DNA from: Raillietiella orientalis
Taxonomy: Eukaryota
Direction: 5' to 3'
Assembly: GCA_036172245.1 (NCBI GenBank)
Contig: JAYWIR010000024.1
Coordinates: 2,976,001-3,040,000 of the forward strand
Length of the DNA stretch: 64,000 bases
Shown: piece by piece, positions 50,280 to 61,599 of the stretch
How positions within the stretch are numbered: the stretch's first letter is position 1
Layout: every line of letters begins with the position of its first letter
Notes under the pieces: generated by a model
Told to the model about the DNA's origin: nothing
The model's database searches: none
What the model saw: only the letters and a program-made list of their open reading frames with translations
Program-made: the position numbers and the translations under genes

Positions 50280-53200
50280 TCAGCACTGATGTTCCAGATT
50301 GTTGCTAATGTATCCATTGGAAGGGTGGGAATTTCTTTTGTGAGGAAAAAGTAGCTTCCTGCCTGCTTTACGCACTAAAGATCGAGTGGAGGAAAGCTTG
50401 GATGAAGACAGAGATCCATAATGTTGGTTGCTATTTGGTTGCATAGATGGTGTTAAGGGGTCACTGGGGGTAGATACTACTTCCTCTCCTTCTTCGTGTC
50501 CATAATAGGCCAATTCCAAAAATGAAGAAGGCAAGTACTTTAATAAGTGGTCAAGCACTTCACGAAATGATATACGCTGTTCTGGATTGAAATGCCAGCA
50601 CTGACACATGATTTCAGCCAAGGGAATTGGACAGTTAGGTGGTGGCTCAAGGGTAAGCTGTCTTTCAGTGACACTGATCATTACTTCCTCATTATTCATA
50701 CCTTGGTATGGTTGATTGCCCAAAGTAACGATTTCCCATAGTACAACACCAAATCCCCACACATCCGATTTAGATGTAAATACACCTTGAATTAGTGCTT
50801 CCGGGGGCATCCAACGAACAGGAAGCATACCACGTCCTTTCTTTCGATAATATTCAGACCCATACACATCGCGGGCCATGCCAAAATCACCGACTTTTAC
50901 AGTCAAATCATCAGCAACCATACAATTTCGTGCAGCTAAATCACGGTGCACCACGTTATGCTCTGACAGATACAACAGTCCATCAGCGATTTCAGCACTC
51001 CAACGATATAACTGCTCAACACTAGGAAGTTCCGGTACAGGTCCCGAATGAGATTCGTCAGGATGCAGCCCTTGCAAATATGATCGCAAATCTCCGTGGA
51101 CCATCAATTCCATGAGCACCATAGGTGGTATTCCTCGAGATACGACACCCATGAGTCTCACAATATGATGGCATGAGAAAGGCTTCATGACAGTAGCCTC
51201 ATTGAGAAATTCTATCTGCTCAAGCAATGTTGTACCCTCATTGATGGTCTTGATGGCCACTCGCACATCAGAGCAGCCATGCAACTTTCGTACTGTACCC
51301 TCATATACCATACCAAATGATCCTTGCCCTAATTCTCGCAACAGTTGAACATCATCCCTGGGCACTTCTGTTTCATCAGGCGTGTATACTGAAATGCACG
51401 TAAGATTATGATGTAATAATCCAAGACATATAAATAATATAAATACCAATGCTTGCTGATACATATTCTGTATTAACTGAGGTAATCAAACCGCCACGAA
51501 GCCATTTGTGAGTCATACGTTTGCGGAAATACATGATAAGCAAGAAGAATACGATGCATACTGCCAAAAGTGCCAAGGTCACAGTAACAAGAATGCCAAT
51601 AAAACTCGTGGATTCTCCATACTAACATTGGTGATATGACATGAAAATTAAGAAATGTAAAGTACTTACTGGTACTGAAAAAACGCATTCTTGGGAAAAC
51701 TCACTCATACCAATCAAAGTCAATGTTTGAATTTGAAGAGTGTACACACCAGGAGCTAGTTTATTAGGCAGCTGATAGCTCTTGAAATCTTGCAGCCGCT
51801 CATAATCTCGCCATTCCAAGCAAATCTTAATCGGCAAATTCTAGAAAGCAGTAAGCAAATTACTAGACGTTCTTGCCAACTCACATTTTCTTCCACTGTG
51901 CGCACTTCCAAAATAAATGCCAAAATTTCTCCATTAGGTTCCGGAGGAGCATCCCACCACACTCTCACTTCTCCTGTAGTATTATTAATTGCTACATCAA
52001 TGCTTTTCATGTTGATGAGATCAGCATTATCTACCAAAGAACTGTATACCGCTGTCATAACTTGTACAAATCTACCTTTGGCCAGAGTTGTCACAGAACG
52101 CAATTCTGGTTTTGAACATGTGCGATCCGGTTCATCAATTGGAAGACAGTCTGGCTGGTTTGCAGGACATTCCAAATGCCGAAAAACGTATACACTAATA
52201 AGGTATTCCTGGAAGTGATGCAAATTCCCAACCTGCAGACTCCAGCTATCTTGTTCAGAAAATGGCACCACAAAATGGGTTTGGTCTTAGGAAATGGTAC
52301 TAGATGCTCTAAATACCCAACTTACTTTGCTGCCTCAATTCCTCTACCTGTACACACTGATCTTCCTTGCGATCCAAGAGTAATTCAGGTACAAGAGGAA
52401 GGACACTACGTACTGGCCGCTTACCGCAGGAAACCTGGCATGTTCTTGGAACAGGATAGCAGCGATCCGCTGCACGATCAAATACGTTGTCCTGAATGTA
52501 ATTTTCGAACTCGATAAAGCTGGTCTGGATACTAGGATCGATCTTCTCATGGGGTGGAGTCTCACATGGACACTGACAACCTTCCTTCTCAGTGGCATTG
52601 ACAACAGCACTAGGATGGGAGGCTGCTTCATCCTCCTCAAGTTCTTTTTGCTTGGGATCCATCTCATAATTGAGGTAGGATCGTGTACCGCCAAGTGATG
52701 CCTGACAAGCACTGTACACAGTATCCACCAGGGTGCGCTGGTGAGGCTCGATCATGACCAGAAAGTAGGAAAGGCGTCCATTAGCACGTGCAGGGGGCTC
52801 CCAAGATACTTCTAGGGAAGATGAGTTGATTGCACTGACTCGAAGATTGGTGACTGGATCAGGCAAGGAGGCAAATGTAGTAAAATAGGTAATATTGCTG
52901 ATAGCTCCATATGTCTCGGCACCTGTAGTATGTGTGCGCACATAGAGTCCATAATGAGTATATGGCTCCAAAGAGGATAGTTCATACTGCACCACATGAG
53001 GGAGATACATTAGGTTATTCTGGTCTAGTACAGGTGGTGAGGCCAACAGAGATTCCTCATTCATATCAATGATGGTCCAATGCTTTTCAAAGCAAGCATC
53101 TCGTCCCCCAAAATAAGTTAAGTTATGTTGTGGACCAGCATGTCGATAAGCTAATTCATAGCCAATGAGGTGACGCTGATCAGAGAGCCTTTTTGCAAAA

Positions 53201-54793
53201 TTAGCAAAAGTAACCATGGCTGATATCTCACTGAGGACTCGCACTGTCAGTTCTAATGGTTCCATATTGCAAGCAGCCAAATTGCCGTTTGAAAGTCGAA
53301 AATCACTCATATTAGCAGGTCCCCAAGGAGATAAGCCAGCTCGTTCACCAAAGATAAAGATGTGATCAGGACACAATTTGGGATTACTGAGAAACAGGAG
53401 CACACCATGCAACACCTTTACAGGACGAAGCTGTGAACCCCAGTCCCAGAGTTCCTGGAGATTGTCATTATGAGACACAACCACAGCATATCTGCCTGCA
53501 TCCAGTTTGTCTCCACGTATTGTGGTCAGATTCCTCAGAAAACCCAAAGATACAAGGGCAAAGGAGCGTGTTACTTTTAAATAATGGGAGATCTCTTGCA
53601 CTTCTCCCAGATACTTTTCCAAGGCATCAGCCACATCCTCACCTCCTGTTAACTGAATGTCCAAGGCACCATCTATGTGGGTGCATCCACTTAGTGCTCG
53701 AATTTCAGATACACTGCCAATGCGTCTATCAAGTTTGCAGTGCTTAGCACAAGGATTACATGGTACACATCTTCGAATCCCTGCTCCTTCACACACTTCT
53801 TGATGATCTGAGGGGCATTCTAGTACACAAAGTTTCTCTTTGTCATTCTCCAGCAGTTTCAGCATGCTATCTTTTGGGATTCCAGCAGCTTTAGGAGGTT
53901 GGGTTTGAAAAAGACACTGTTCCATGGTTAAGCAGCTCTCAGAATACTAATCAGCTCTAAAAGTGATGTTGACTCATTTGATATGAGGGTTACCCGAAAA
54001 AGGTGAGCAGGACATGATGGCTCACAGCGATCCTCTATTTGCACCATGCGGCAGGCATAGCACTGATGCTGACCTGGTCCAGTACAGCCTCCCAGACATT
54101 CAGCATGACAACACTCTTCTTGGCCATCAACTGTCCCTCGAGGTCCGCAATTCTTATTTTCTACATTCGCAAGACACTAAAAAGCCAATGGTAGGCAATC
54201 TGGTACTTACCTTCCACTTGACATACTTGAGCATTCCAAAAATGTTGACATTTGAAAGGTTTTAAATTCAAGCACTGCTTTTTGTTGCCCTGAAAAATGA
54301 AATCATTGCAATGCCATCTTTTAAATGAAGATTTACTCTCATAACGATGGCTCTCTTTGCTAGATGTTCTTGCACAATATCTCTCCAATTAATAGAATGA
54401 AGGTAGCAAAGTTTGGGGTTGGATTCTATCCTCACTCCACCACGCACCACACGCAGATTCCCAAGGGCAAGCTCTTCCAAGTCTTTGTTCTATAACCAAA
54501 AATTATGCTTTGCCATTTCTGGATGATGCATCCTACTTCAAAAATAATTAATGCGTAATTGAAGAACAAGTTCTCTCCCCGAATAACTCTCAAATTGGGA
54601 AACAGATGGCTTAAAGTATGCATGCCTGTTGTCTGATAAATCATCAAGTGATCAGTAATTTCCACCAAATGTGGTAAACTGTAATTGTGCCACTGATCAA
54701 TCAGGGCAAGCTGCAGATGACCTTCAATGACTGTACAGCTCTGCATTTCTTTCAGTTTTCCCGCATCAAATTTTATATTAAGACTGTGGCAAA
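50280..54793 (-). CDS. InR: Insulin/insulin-like peptide receptor tyrosine kinase (divergent); exons 54793-54537, 54489-54337, 54289-54211, 54160-53994, 53946-52326, 52285-52076, 52030-51885, 51840-51670, 51621-51447, 51388-50280 (~1360 aa); signal-peptide exon unresolved
   Basis: L1 (CTVIEGHLQL..LFPNLRVIRGENLFFNYALIIFE, GGVRIESNPKLCY), furin-like Cys-rich (CCHAECLGGC), L2 (GCTHIDGALDI, NLQELWDW, NPKLC), FnIII (LEPYTHYGLYV, WEPPARANG, PPEPNGEI), alpha-CT FENYIQDNVF, TM FIGILVTVTLALLAVCIVFFLLIMYF, kinase GQGSFGMVYEG/VAIK/HRDLAARN/DFGMARDVYGSEYYRK/LPVRWM. Nine phase-consistent GT-AG introns of 40-58 nt. Confidence 0.93.
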
Positions 54794-57700
54794 CTAGAGA
54801 CAAATAAATAATCATCTACTTCACTGTTACAAAGAAAATTTAAATTTTTTTCCGGAGCTTTTCATCTACAAAATTCACAATATCAAATAGCAAAAATTCA
54901 ATTGCAGGAACATTTGAAAAAATGCGGGAATATGAAACGTTCGTAACAAACCAATGCAGCAACTTGTACTACTGACAGACTTAAGGAACTCATTCAAGCA
55001 CATTAATTCAAACTCATTAATTTTATTGATGCATGAGGCATGTAATTCTGCTACAATTACATCTGATAAGGCTTTGAACCTCATGTTAGCTAGCTAGATA
55101 ATGCAATGTATTTGTTATTAAACAGTAATTGTCACTAAATGAGCAAAACCATCAATGTGCTAACAGAAACTACAATTTCTTTTTTACACAATTTGCAAAT
55201 AACAGGAACGCAACCATTCTTATGAAACAGTGATGATGCGATGAAAATGTTGATTCTATACAGAATTTCACAACAAACTAACCTGAACAAAACGGTTACA
55301 CAATAATTGATAATCCACATATTTGAATTTATGAAGTTCATGAAAAAGAAAAATTCATCAATGTCATTACTACATTTCAGAAAGATAAAGTATAGATTTC
55401 ATGTAAAAGACATGGAGCAAATCCCTGTACAAATTTCCTTAACAGTATTTTCCAGACATATATTCTCAAACCTAATGTTTCAGCTCCAATTTTAATAAGT
55501 TCAGTATTATATGGATTCGTTAAACTACGAAAAAGTACGATTACACTGAACATCAATGGGAGGAATTATTAATATTTAAATGTTAAATAGTATGATTTGA
55601 TCATACTATCTAATTTGTATCAAGTTATGTCAAGCCCTTCAAAATCAATGTTCCATTGCATCTTCACCCAGAGACCTATGCACCTGGGATAGATCATAGA
55701 ATAAAAGCATGAAAAACATATATGATGCAGTAATTGACCAATATTCGCTATATATCAGTGAACTGAAATTCTTAATCTGTATTACTAAATTTTACTGCCA
55801 TGCATGATCATTTCATTGTGCAAAACATCATGAGAGAACTGATCCAATAGACATCAGCAAAACTGTAAATTCAAGTAGTTAAACTGATTGTTTGAGATGC
55901 TTATTAGTGACCTTGTCTTATGAAATGGAATCAAAGGCATGTGCTTTAACTTGAAACGTCGACCTTGTTTGAAATAAAGTCTACTCCTGAGCATATCCAT
56001 ATCAACTTCTTATCACTTATTTTCTCATTAAAAAATTGCCTTTTTTCCCCCTCTTTCACATACAAAGATTTCAAAATTTCCCACATTGCCGTTGCAATTC
56101 TACAGTTTATAAATTCTTTCGTAAATTTGGAAACTAATTTTCTCCTCGTTTTTCGACAATGATATTAGTTCACTTTTAGAACCTCCTTTACTAACTCGAG
56201 TTTAATTTCTTTTTCTTATATTGGTTTAAAAATTGGTTTTTGTTCAAACTTTAACAAAATTTATCCTTTGTTCAGTATTAACGATTTTATTTGGTTAATT
56301 AAGAGAAACTAGATTCTCCAGAATTTAAAAATTCTGAAGACCCCTGTTGAATGACGATCCATCATTAATTACACACAATTAGTCATTCAGCTATTTCTTA
56401 TTGCAGTTACACTTATTATGACTAATGAATAATTCATAGCTTCATATCAAGCATTAGTTTTTCATGAACAGCATGAACACATATTTTGAACTTACGATAC
56501 CCAAATAGTTTTACCCATGATTTATAAAAATTTTAAAATAACTGGACTACAAGTAAAGCTTTATTCAGATTATATTGCTTGTTTCCATTTTTGTCATGCT
56601 ATATTATATGACTTTTTTCATTTGCACTTCATTCAAATAGTATTACCAGTTCTAATTGTGATTTTTATCAGTGTAATACAAGTAATCAAAAAATTATTAG
56701 GTCTTCAGAGGTCTCTCGCTAAAGCTTAAAGTTAAAAAGTTAAAGCATTTTTCTTTAAATCTTTGAAAAGTGTTTGGGTGGTTGCTTTCTCAGAATAGAA
56801 ATGTATCCTTCCTATCTTCCACCACTACAGCATGCTTTCATGGTCTCCACCCCACACAAATTATGGAACCATTTTTCTCGTCTCAAGTTTATTCATTTAT
56901 GATTCCTCAGTAGAAAAAAACGTTTGCATTTAGTTACTTCTAACCAGATAAGTAAATAATAATTGCACATTCAGGTGTTTACATTTATAATCTCATTCGC
57001 CACGACTCTTGTGCTCATCACCATTCTGTATGTAAATTCTTAAGTACTAAAGTATTCTGCATGTAAAGCTATTATTATATTGTGAAAAATTTTACAATAA
57101 ATTGAATCTGAAAATACTGAAAAACTAATGTACTATTTCCTGTATCAAAACTTTCAATCACATTCAATCACTTCTTTTTTTAAAAAATCATAATTAGTGG
57201 TAGAACTCTGTATTCTATTTATGAACTAGCTATACTTTGTTAATAATGTTACCTGTTCAACATCTTTTAACCAAGTGAAATAATATCAATGAGGTGGTCT
57301 AGAAACTCTGGTTTGCTTCTATGATACAAAAGTAAGATGAAATTACTGATTCTTCAATCTAAGCATGCACCATCATGATACTGAAGTAATGTTGACACAA
57401 ATAATTTGTGACAATCGTTTTCAAAAAAATGTACAGAAAAATCAGGAAGTAGAATCTTGAATGTTGATTAGAAATTGAAATGATGAGCTAGTTTTCATAG
57501 TTAATTAATGTTGGATAAAGTGCTGTATCATTAGAAATGACCTGCAAAAGTAGCAATTCAGAAAACAAGAAAACCAATGCAACTGCAAAATAAAATTATA
57601 TCAAGAAAGAAATACATAAACATTGACAAACAAAAGTTAACAATAGTATTCAAAAGATATGCTAACTAAAAAATACACTGCCACTGAATAAATCATATAA

Positions 57701-59424
57701 AAAAAATAAAATTCTTCTAGATGCACTTAATTTACATTCTTCTGGATGCACTTAATACAATAAGTTCTGTATTCTTTCCAGCAAATGTAAAAATAACATC
57801 TGCAAAAAAAGGACAAAAAAGAAAAAAAAAGAAAAGAAAAGAAACAATACATTAAAAATCCAGGGAATAAGGCTGATAACGATCACATGTAGACAATTCT
57901 GAAAACTTTCTGTCCAGGTACCATCCCACAAGCTAATGGTCTCCATAAATCTAACCTAGTGTCACTCATGGTTACTCTATGGAGCCTATTTATGGATTTA
58001 CTTAACACTAAGATGCTAAATCCGTAAATTTTCATGAAATAAATTCGGTTGTTTCATGATTCATAAAAGAGCTCTGCAGAAGACTGTGGATTTTGTACTC
58101 TGTTTGTGGGTACACTGAAAATGATCTTTGTGATTGAACATGAAATTTATCATTGTCAAAGGACTATGCAGACTGCACATGTTTCTTCAACTGCTGAAAT
58201 CCAATTTTGCTAATTCATACAAACACCCAGAAAGATGTATGGAAGAATGGTTTTTTTTTGGATGGCTAAAGCTGTTTTGAAAAGAAATTTTAAAATTTTC
58301 CTACAAAGAAGCACACGTTTTTTTGATCGAGAAAACTTGATTTGCAGAGGATGGCAGTAAAATTGCGTAGTTTGAAATTACAAAAAGTTTATACAAATAG
58401 GAAAGTACGTGCTTAAATAAACCGAAAAATTGCAAGTTCAGGAATATTTGAAACACAAACCAATCAGTGAAGTAAACATAAAATCAAAAACAATTTTCCG
58501 CTAACCAGAATTCTAAAATTCATCTTGAAAAGAAAACCAATGCACATATGCAAAGGAATAAACTATTTGAATGAAGTACCTATCAACAATTTATAAATGA
58601 TTCCTCTGGAGAAGGAGAGCGTTTAATGTGACCTGGTGGTTATTTACAAATGCAGCATGTTAAGAGAAAAATGAGTGACGGAACATATTTATAAGTAATA
58701 TGTTTGTGTAAATGATGGAAATCAGTACTTTTGCAAAAACTCTAAAAGAGCTGATTTCACCATATATTCAAAATTTCCAAATATTCACCAAATATCCTGT
58801 ATACAAGTATTTAGTAAACTTTCGAATACTTGATGGTTACTTCATGCTTCATGAAGATAACATTTTTCTTCAAGAACAAACGACTCAAACAATTTTTCGG
58901 TTACATATAAGAATTAAAAGATTTATGGAACGCTTACCTTTCCTCTCGAGAGCATCGACAGCAAATCGTGCTGCAAAATTAAAAATAAATAATACAAAAC
59001 TACCCAGGAATATAATTTTGAACATAGTTTTGAACTAATTGGGACATATGTTTAAGTCTATAATGGATATGCTTTTGAGCTAAGAATCCAAGATAAAAAT
59101 TTCTTCATTTTCTTCATTTCTTCTTTTGGAAAGAATTGTTTTTCACAGATTATTTAATGCAACCAAGTTCACATCTTTTAATTTTTCAAATCCTACATTT
59201 TTATGTCCCACATATACTTAGTTTGGATACATCCACATCCATTTTCACCTGTACTTGTATTTACCATTGCAACTAATGGTCCACTGTGGCTTGAATGGGC
59301 AAAAATTGATAAAAACAGCAATTCTTTGAATAGCTTGAATACAAAATGTACTACGCATTTTTTCAATCTCAATGAATTCCAGACAGATTGGAAAGCATTT
59401 TCACCTAAACTGAATATGATGGGG

Positions 59425-59515
59425 AACTGGCAACCTGGAAATACGAAAAGCATTTAAATACCAACGGCAAATTTGTAAACAAACTTCGGTACTAACGCTC
59501 CATCACGTTGTTTAC
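59425..59515 (-). promoter_or_regulatory. Candidate InR core promoter: two FOXO DBE sites, TATA-like box and Inr-like element
   Basis: GTAAACAA at 59475-59482, TTGTTTAC at 59508-59515, TATTTAAA on - at 59460-59453 and CCAGTT on - with its A at 59428 (32 nt downstream); CpG density rises again here. Confidence 0.45.
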
Positions 59516-60735
59516 GACTATTAGTATGAGACGCTGCGTATTGAAACAGATCAATGACACCAAAGCAGAATGCACATTTTAGTCATTTATTTATCGGACT
59601 TTTCTATTTAGCTTTAAAGATTCTGTAATTTTGATGCACATTCTCAACACTGATTCGCAAAACAATGTACATAAATTTCGAAATCAAATAATCGTTGATC
59701 TTAGGTTTGAGCCGCTTTCGATTAAAACAGGATGTATTAGAATGATAATTAAGCATCATTGATAATGGACGATTAAAGTAAATTTCCATCAGAAATTCTT
59801 CATGAGAGTCATTCAACATATCTTCAGATGGAATGGGTCGACTTTTAACGGCCCCTTGAAGGAAAAAAAAAAATTTTCGATTCATAAACCATTTCTCCAT
59901 AAATGGACAGTTATGGATAAAAATCTTCCGATTTAGTGTACTACAGGGGCTGTCTGGTGCACAGTATGAGCTTATACGATTCTGATTTACATGTCTATTC
60001 AGTTTAATATTTTGAATCAAAAGAGACTGATACATTTAAAAATAGGGATCATATCGTCAATAAATAATCCTACAAACGAGCTATCCTTCATGACTTAGTA
60101 TGATCTCGTTATCATTGCTTGTTTGCTCCTTGTTCGTTTTGTTGGCAATACGAACGATGATTCTGCAATAAGCACCAAAGAAACAGTAAAAATACTGATA
60201 TAATTGCTCAATAGCAAACTGAGAGATATGTAAGGTGAATTCACCCAGTTTTTATCGTAAAAATGCACACTTTGTTTGAATTCTCATAGATTCTTGGAAC
60301 TTCAAAAGTTTTGGTTCCAATTTTGAACTCTTTTTTTTCACTCTGCCTTTACTGAAAAGCTCTTGAGGATTCTTAGTGAAAACTGTAAAACATTTTTTTA
60401 TACCTGAGGTGAGCGCTGTTGCTTAAGAGACAGTATCATCATTTAATGCTACTTCTTTTCTTCTGAGAATTTTAGCCAGATGATGGATTTATGAGCTTTC
60501 ATTTTAGTAGTGCATTCCCAATGATAAACATATGATCTGATCGCATTATCAGCAGTGATTTCCTAGTTTTGTGAAAGCAGTTTTGAATGGTTTCGTATTT
60601 GTTTCCTTTTAACATGGAAAATAAATAGCAGCCAATTCAGTAAACCATTTTAATAGCTGATGCGCCATTCTTCTGAAAACTACGGTTTCTTTCCTGCATT
60701 GCTTCGAATTCTTACCTTGAGATCTTCTATTGTAA

Positions 60736-61251
60736 AACCTATTCCAAAAATTCCGTTCTACACTTTTGTTGCTCTTGTTGTTCCCTGCTGTCATTGCAAG
60801 CTTACTCTTGTGGATACAAACTATTGAAATGACCACCATGTGGTTCGGCGCTAATGTGTGTACTTTATTTTCATACTGCCTGGGATGCTTTTCCAATCAG
60901 GTATCGTACGATTCCGGATCTGCACCTGGTTCTGTGATGGTAATTTAAAAGCAAGTGAGATGAAGATTGCTTTCTATTCGTAGCCTCTCCGTTACGAATT
61001 TTCAGCTTTTCATCAGTTTCACCATAGGGATTTTTCCGAATGGTTAGAGAACATGTTGACAGATCCAGCGTTTGATTTTGTCTCTAGTGTTCCTGCTAAG
61101 CGGAACGCTCCTGCTTACTGGGATTCGGAAAGGAACTTCGTATTTCCTCAGCATATGGTATACTTGTTTCGGAGGAAGCTCTTCTGTTTACCTCTTAATC
61201 TTCCTTGACTTTTTTTCCTCTTGGGAACCAAGGGTGATTTCTATGCATTTG
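60736..61251 (+). CDS. Candidate partial small multi-pass membrane protein (two putative exons ~60736-60900 and 61063-61251)
   Basis: Hydrophobic segments LLLLLLFPAVIASLLLW and IQRLILSLVFLLSGTLLLTGIRKGTSYFLSIWYTCFGG..VYLLIFL join in phase 0 via CAG|GTATCG...GACAG. Start and end not found. Confidence 0.3.
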
Positions 61252-61564
61252 GTAGGAGGCTTCATATTTTCTTTCGAAAAATGTTTGTGCTGAAAAATTT
61301 CAATCATGGAGGGGAAAAAAAAATAGAGCAACTCTCAAGGATCTAAGGAAATCTTTGGGAATCCTGAGCATGGAAAAATATAACGATTATGCAGGGATTG
61401 TTTTGCAGTGAAGCACGGTTCTTTTCATAATACACAAATGAGGACAGCTGTATACCCGAGCGGGACAGCAAATGATAAACATCGTAATAAGAATTCAGTA
61501 ATGTACGAGACACTCATTATTTGAAACAGGATACAAATTCATCTGACGGTGTTCAAATAAGACC

Positions 61565-61599
<35 letters not shown>

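Noticed and set aside
57720..57756. 12-nt direct repeat GATGCACTTAAT
   Set aside because: Two copies only, in an AT-rich intron; most likely a local micro-duplication.
54875..57946. ORFs 54875-55084, 55135-55341 and 57752-57946 as the InR signal-peptide exon
   Set aside because: No good phase-1 donor following a signal-like peptide (the CAG|GTTAGT at ~55282 is phase 2 for MWIINY..); hydrophobicity reflects T-rich intronic DNA.
61517..61595. Hairpin TTATTTGAA..TTCAAATAA followed by a T27 run, resembling a terminator or pre-miRNA
   Set aside because: AT-rich short stem, poly(T) runs are ubiquitous in this window, and the context is eukaryotic; too short for a pre-miRNA.
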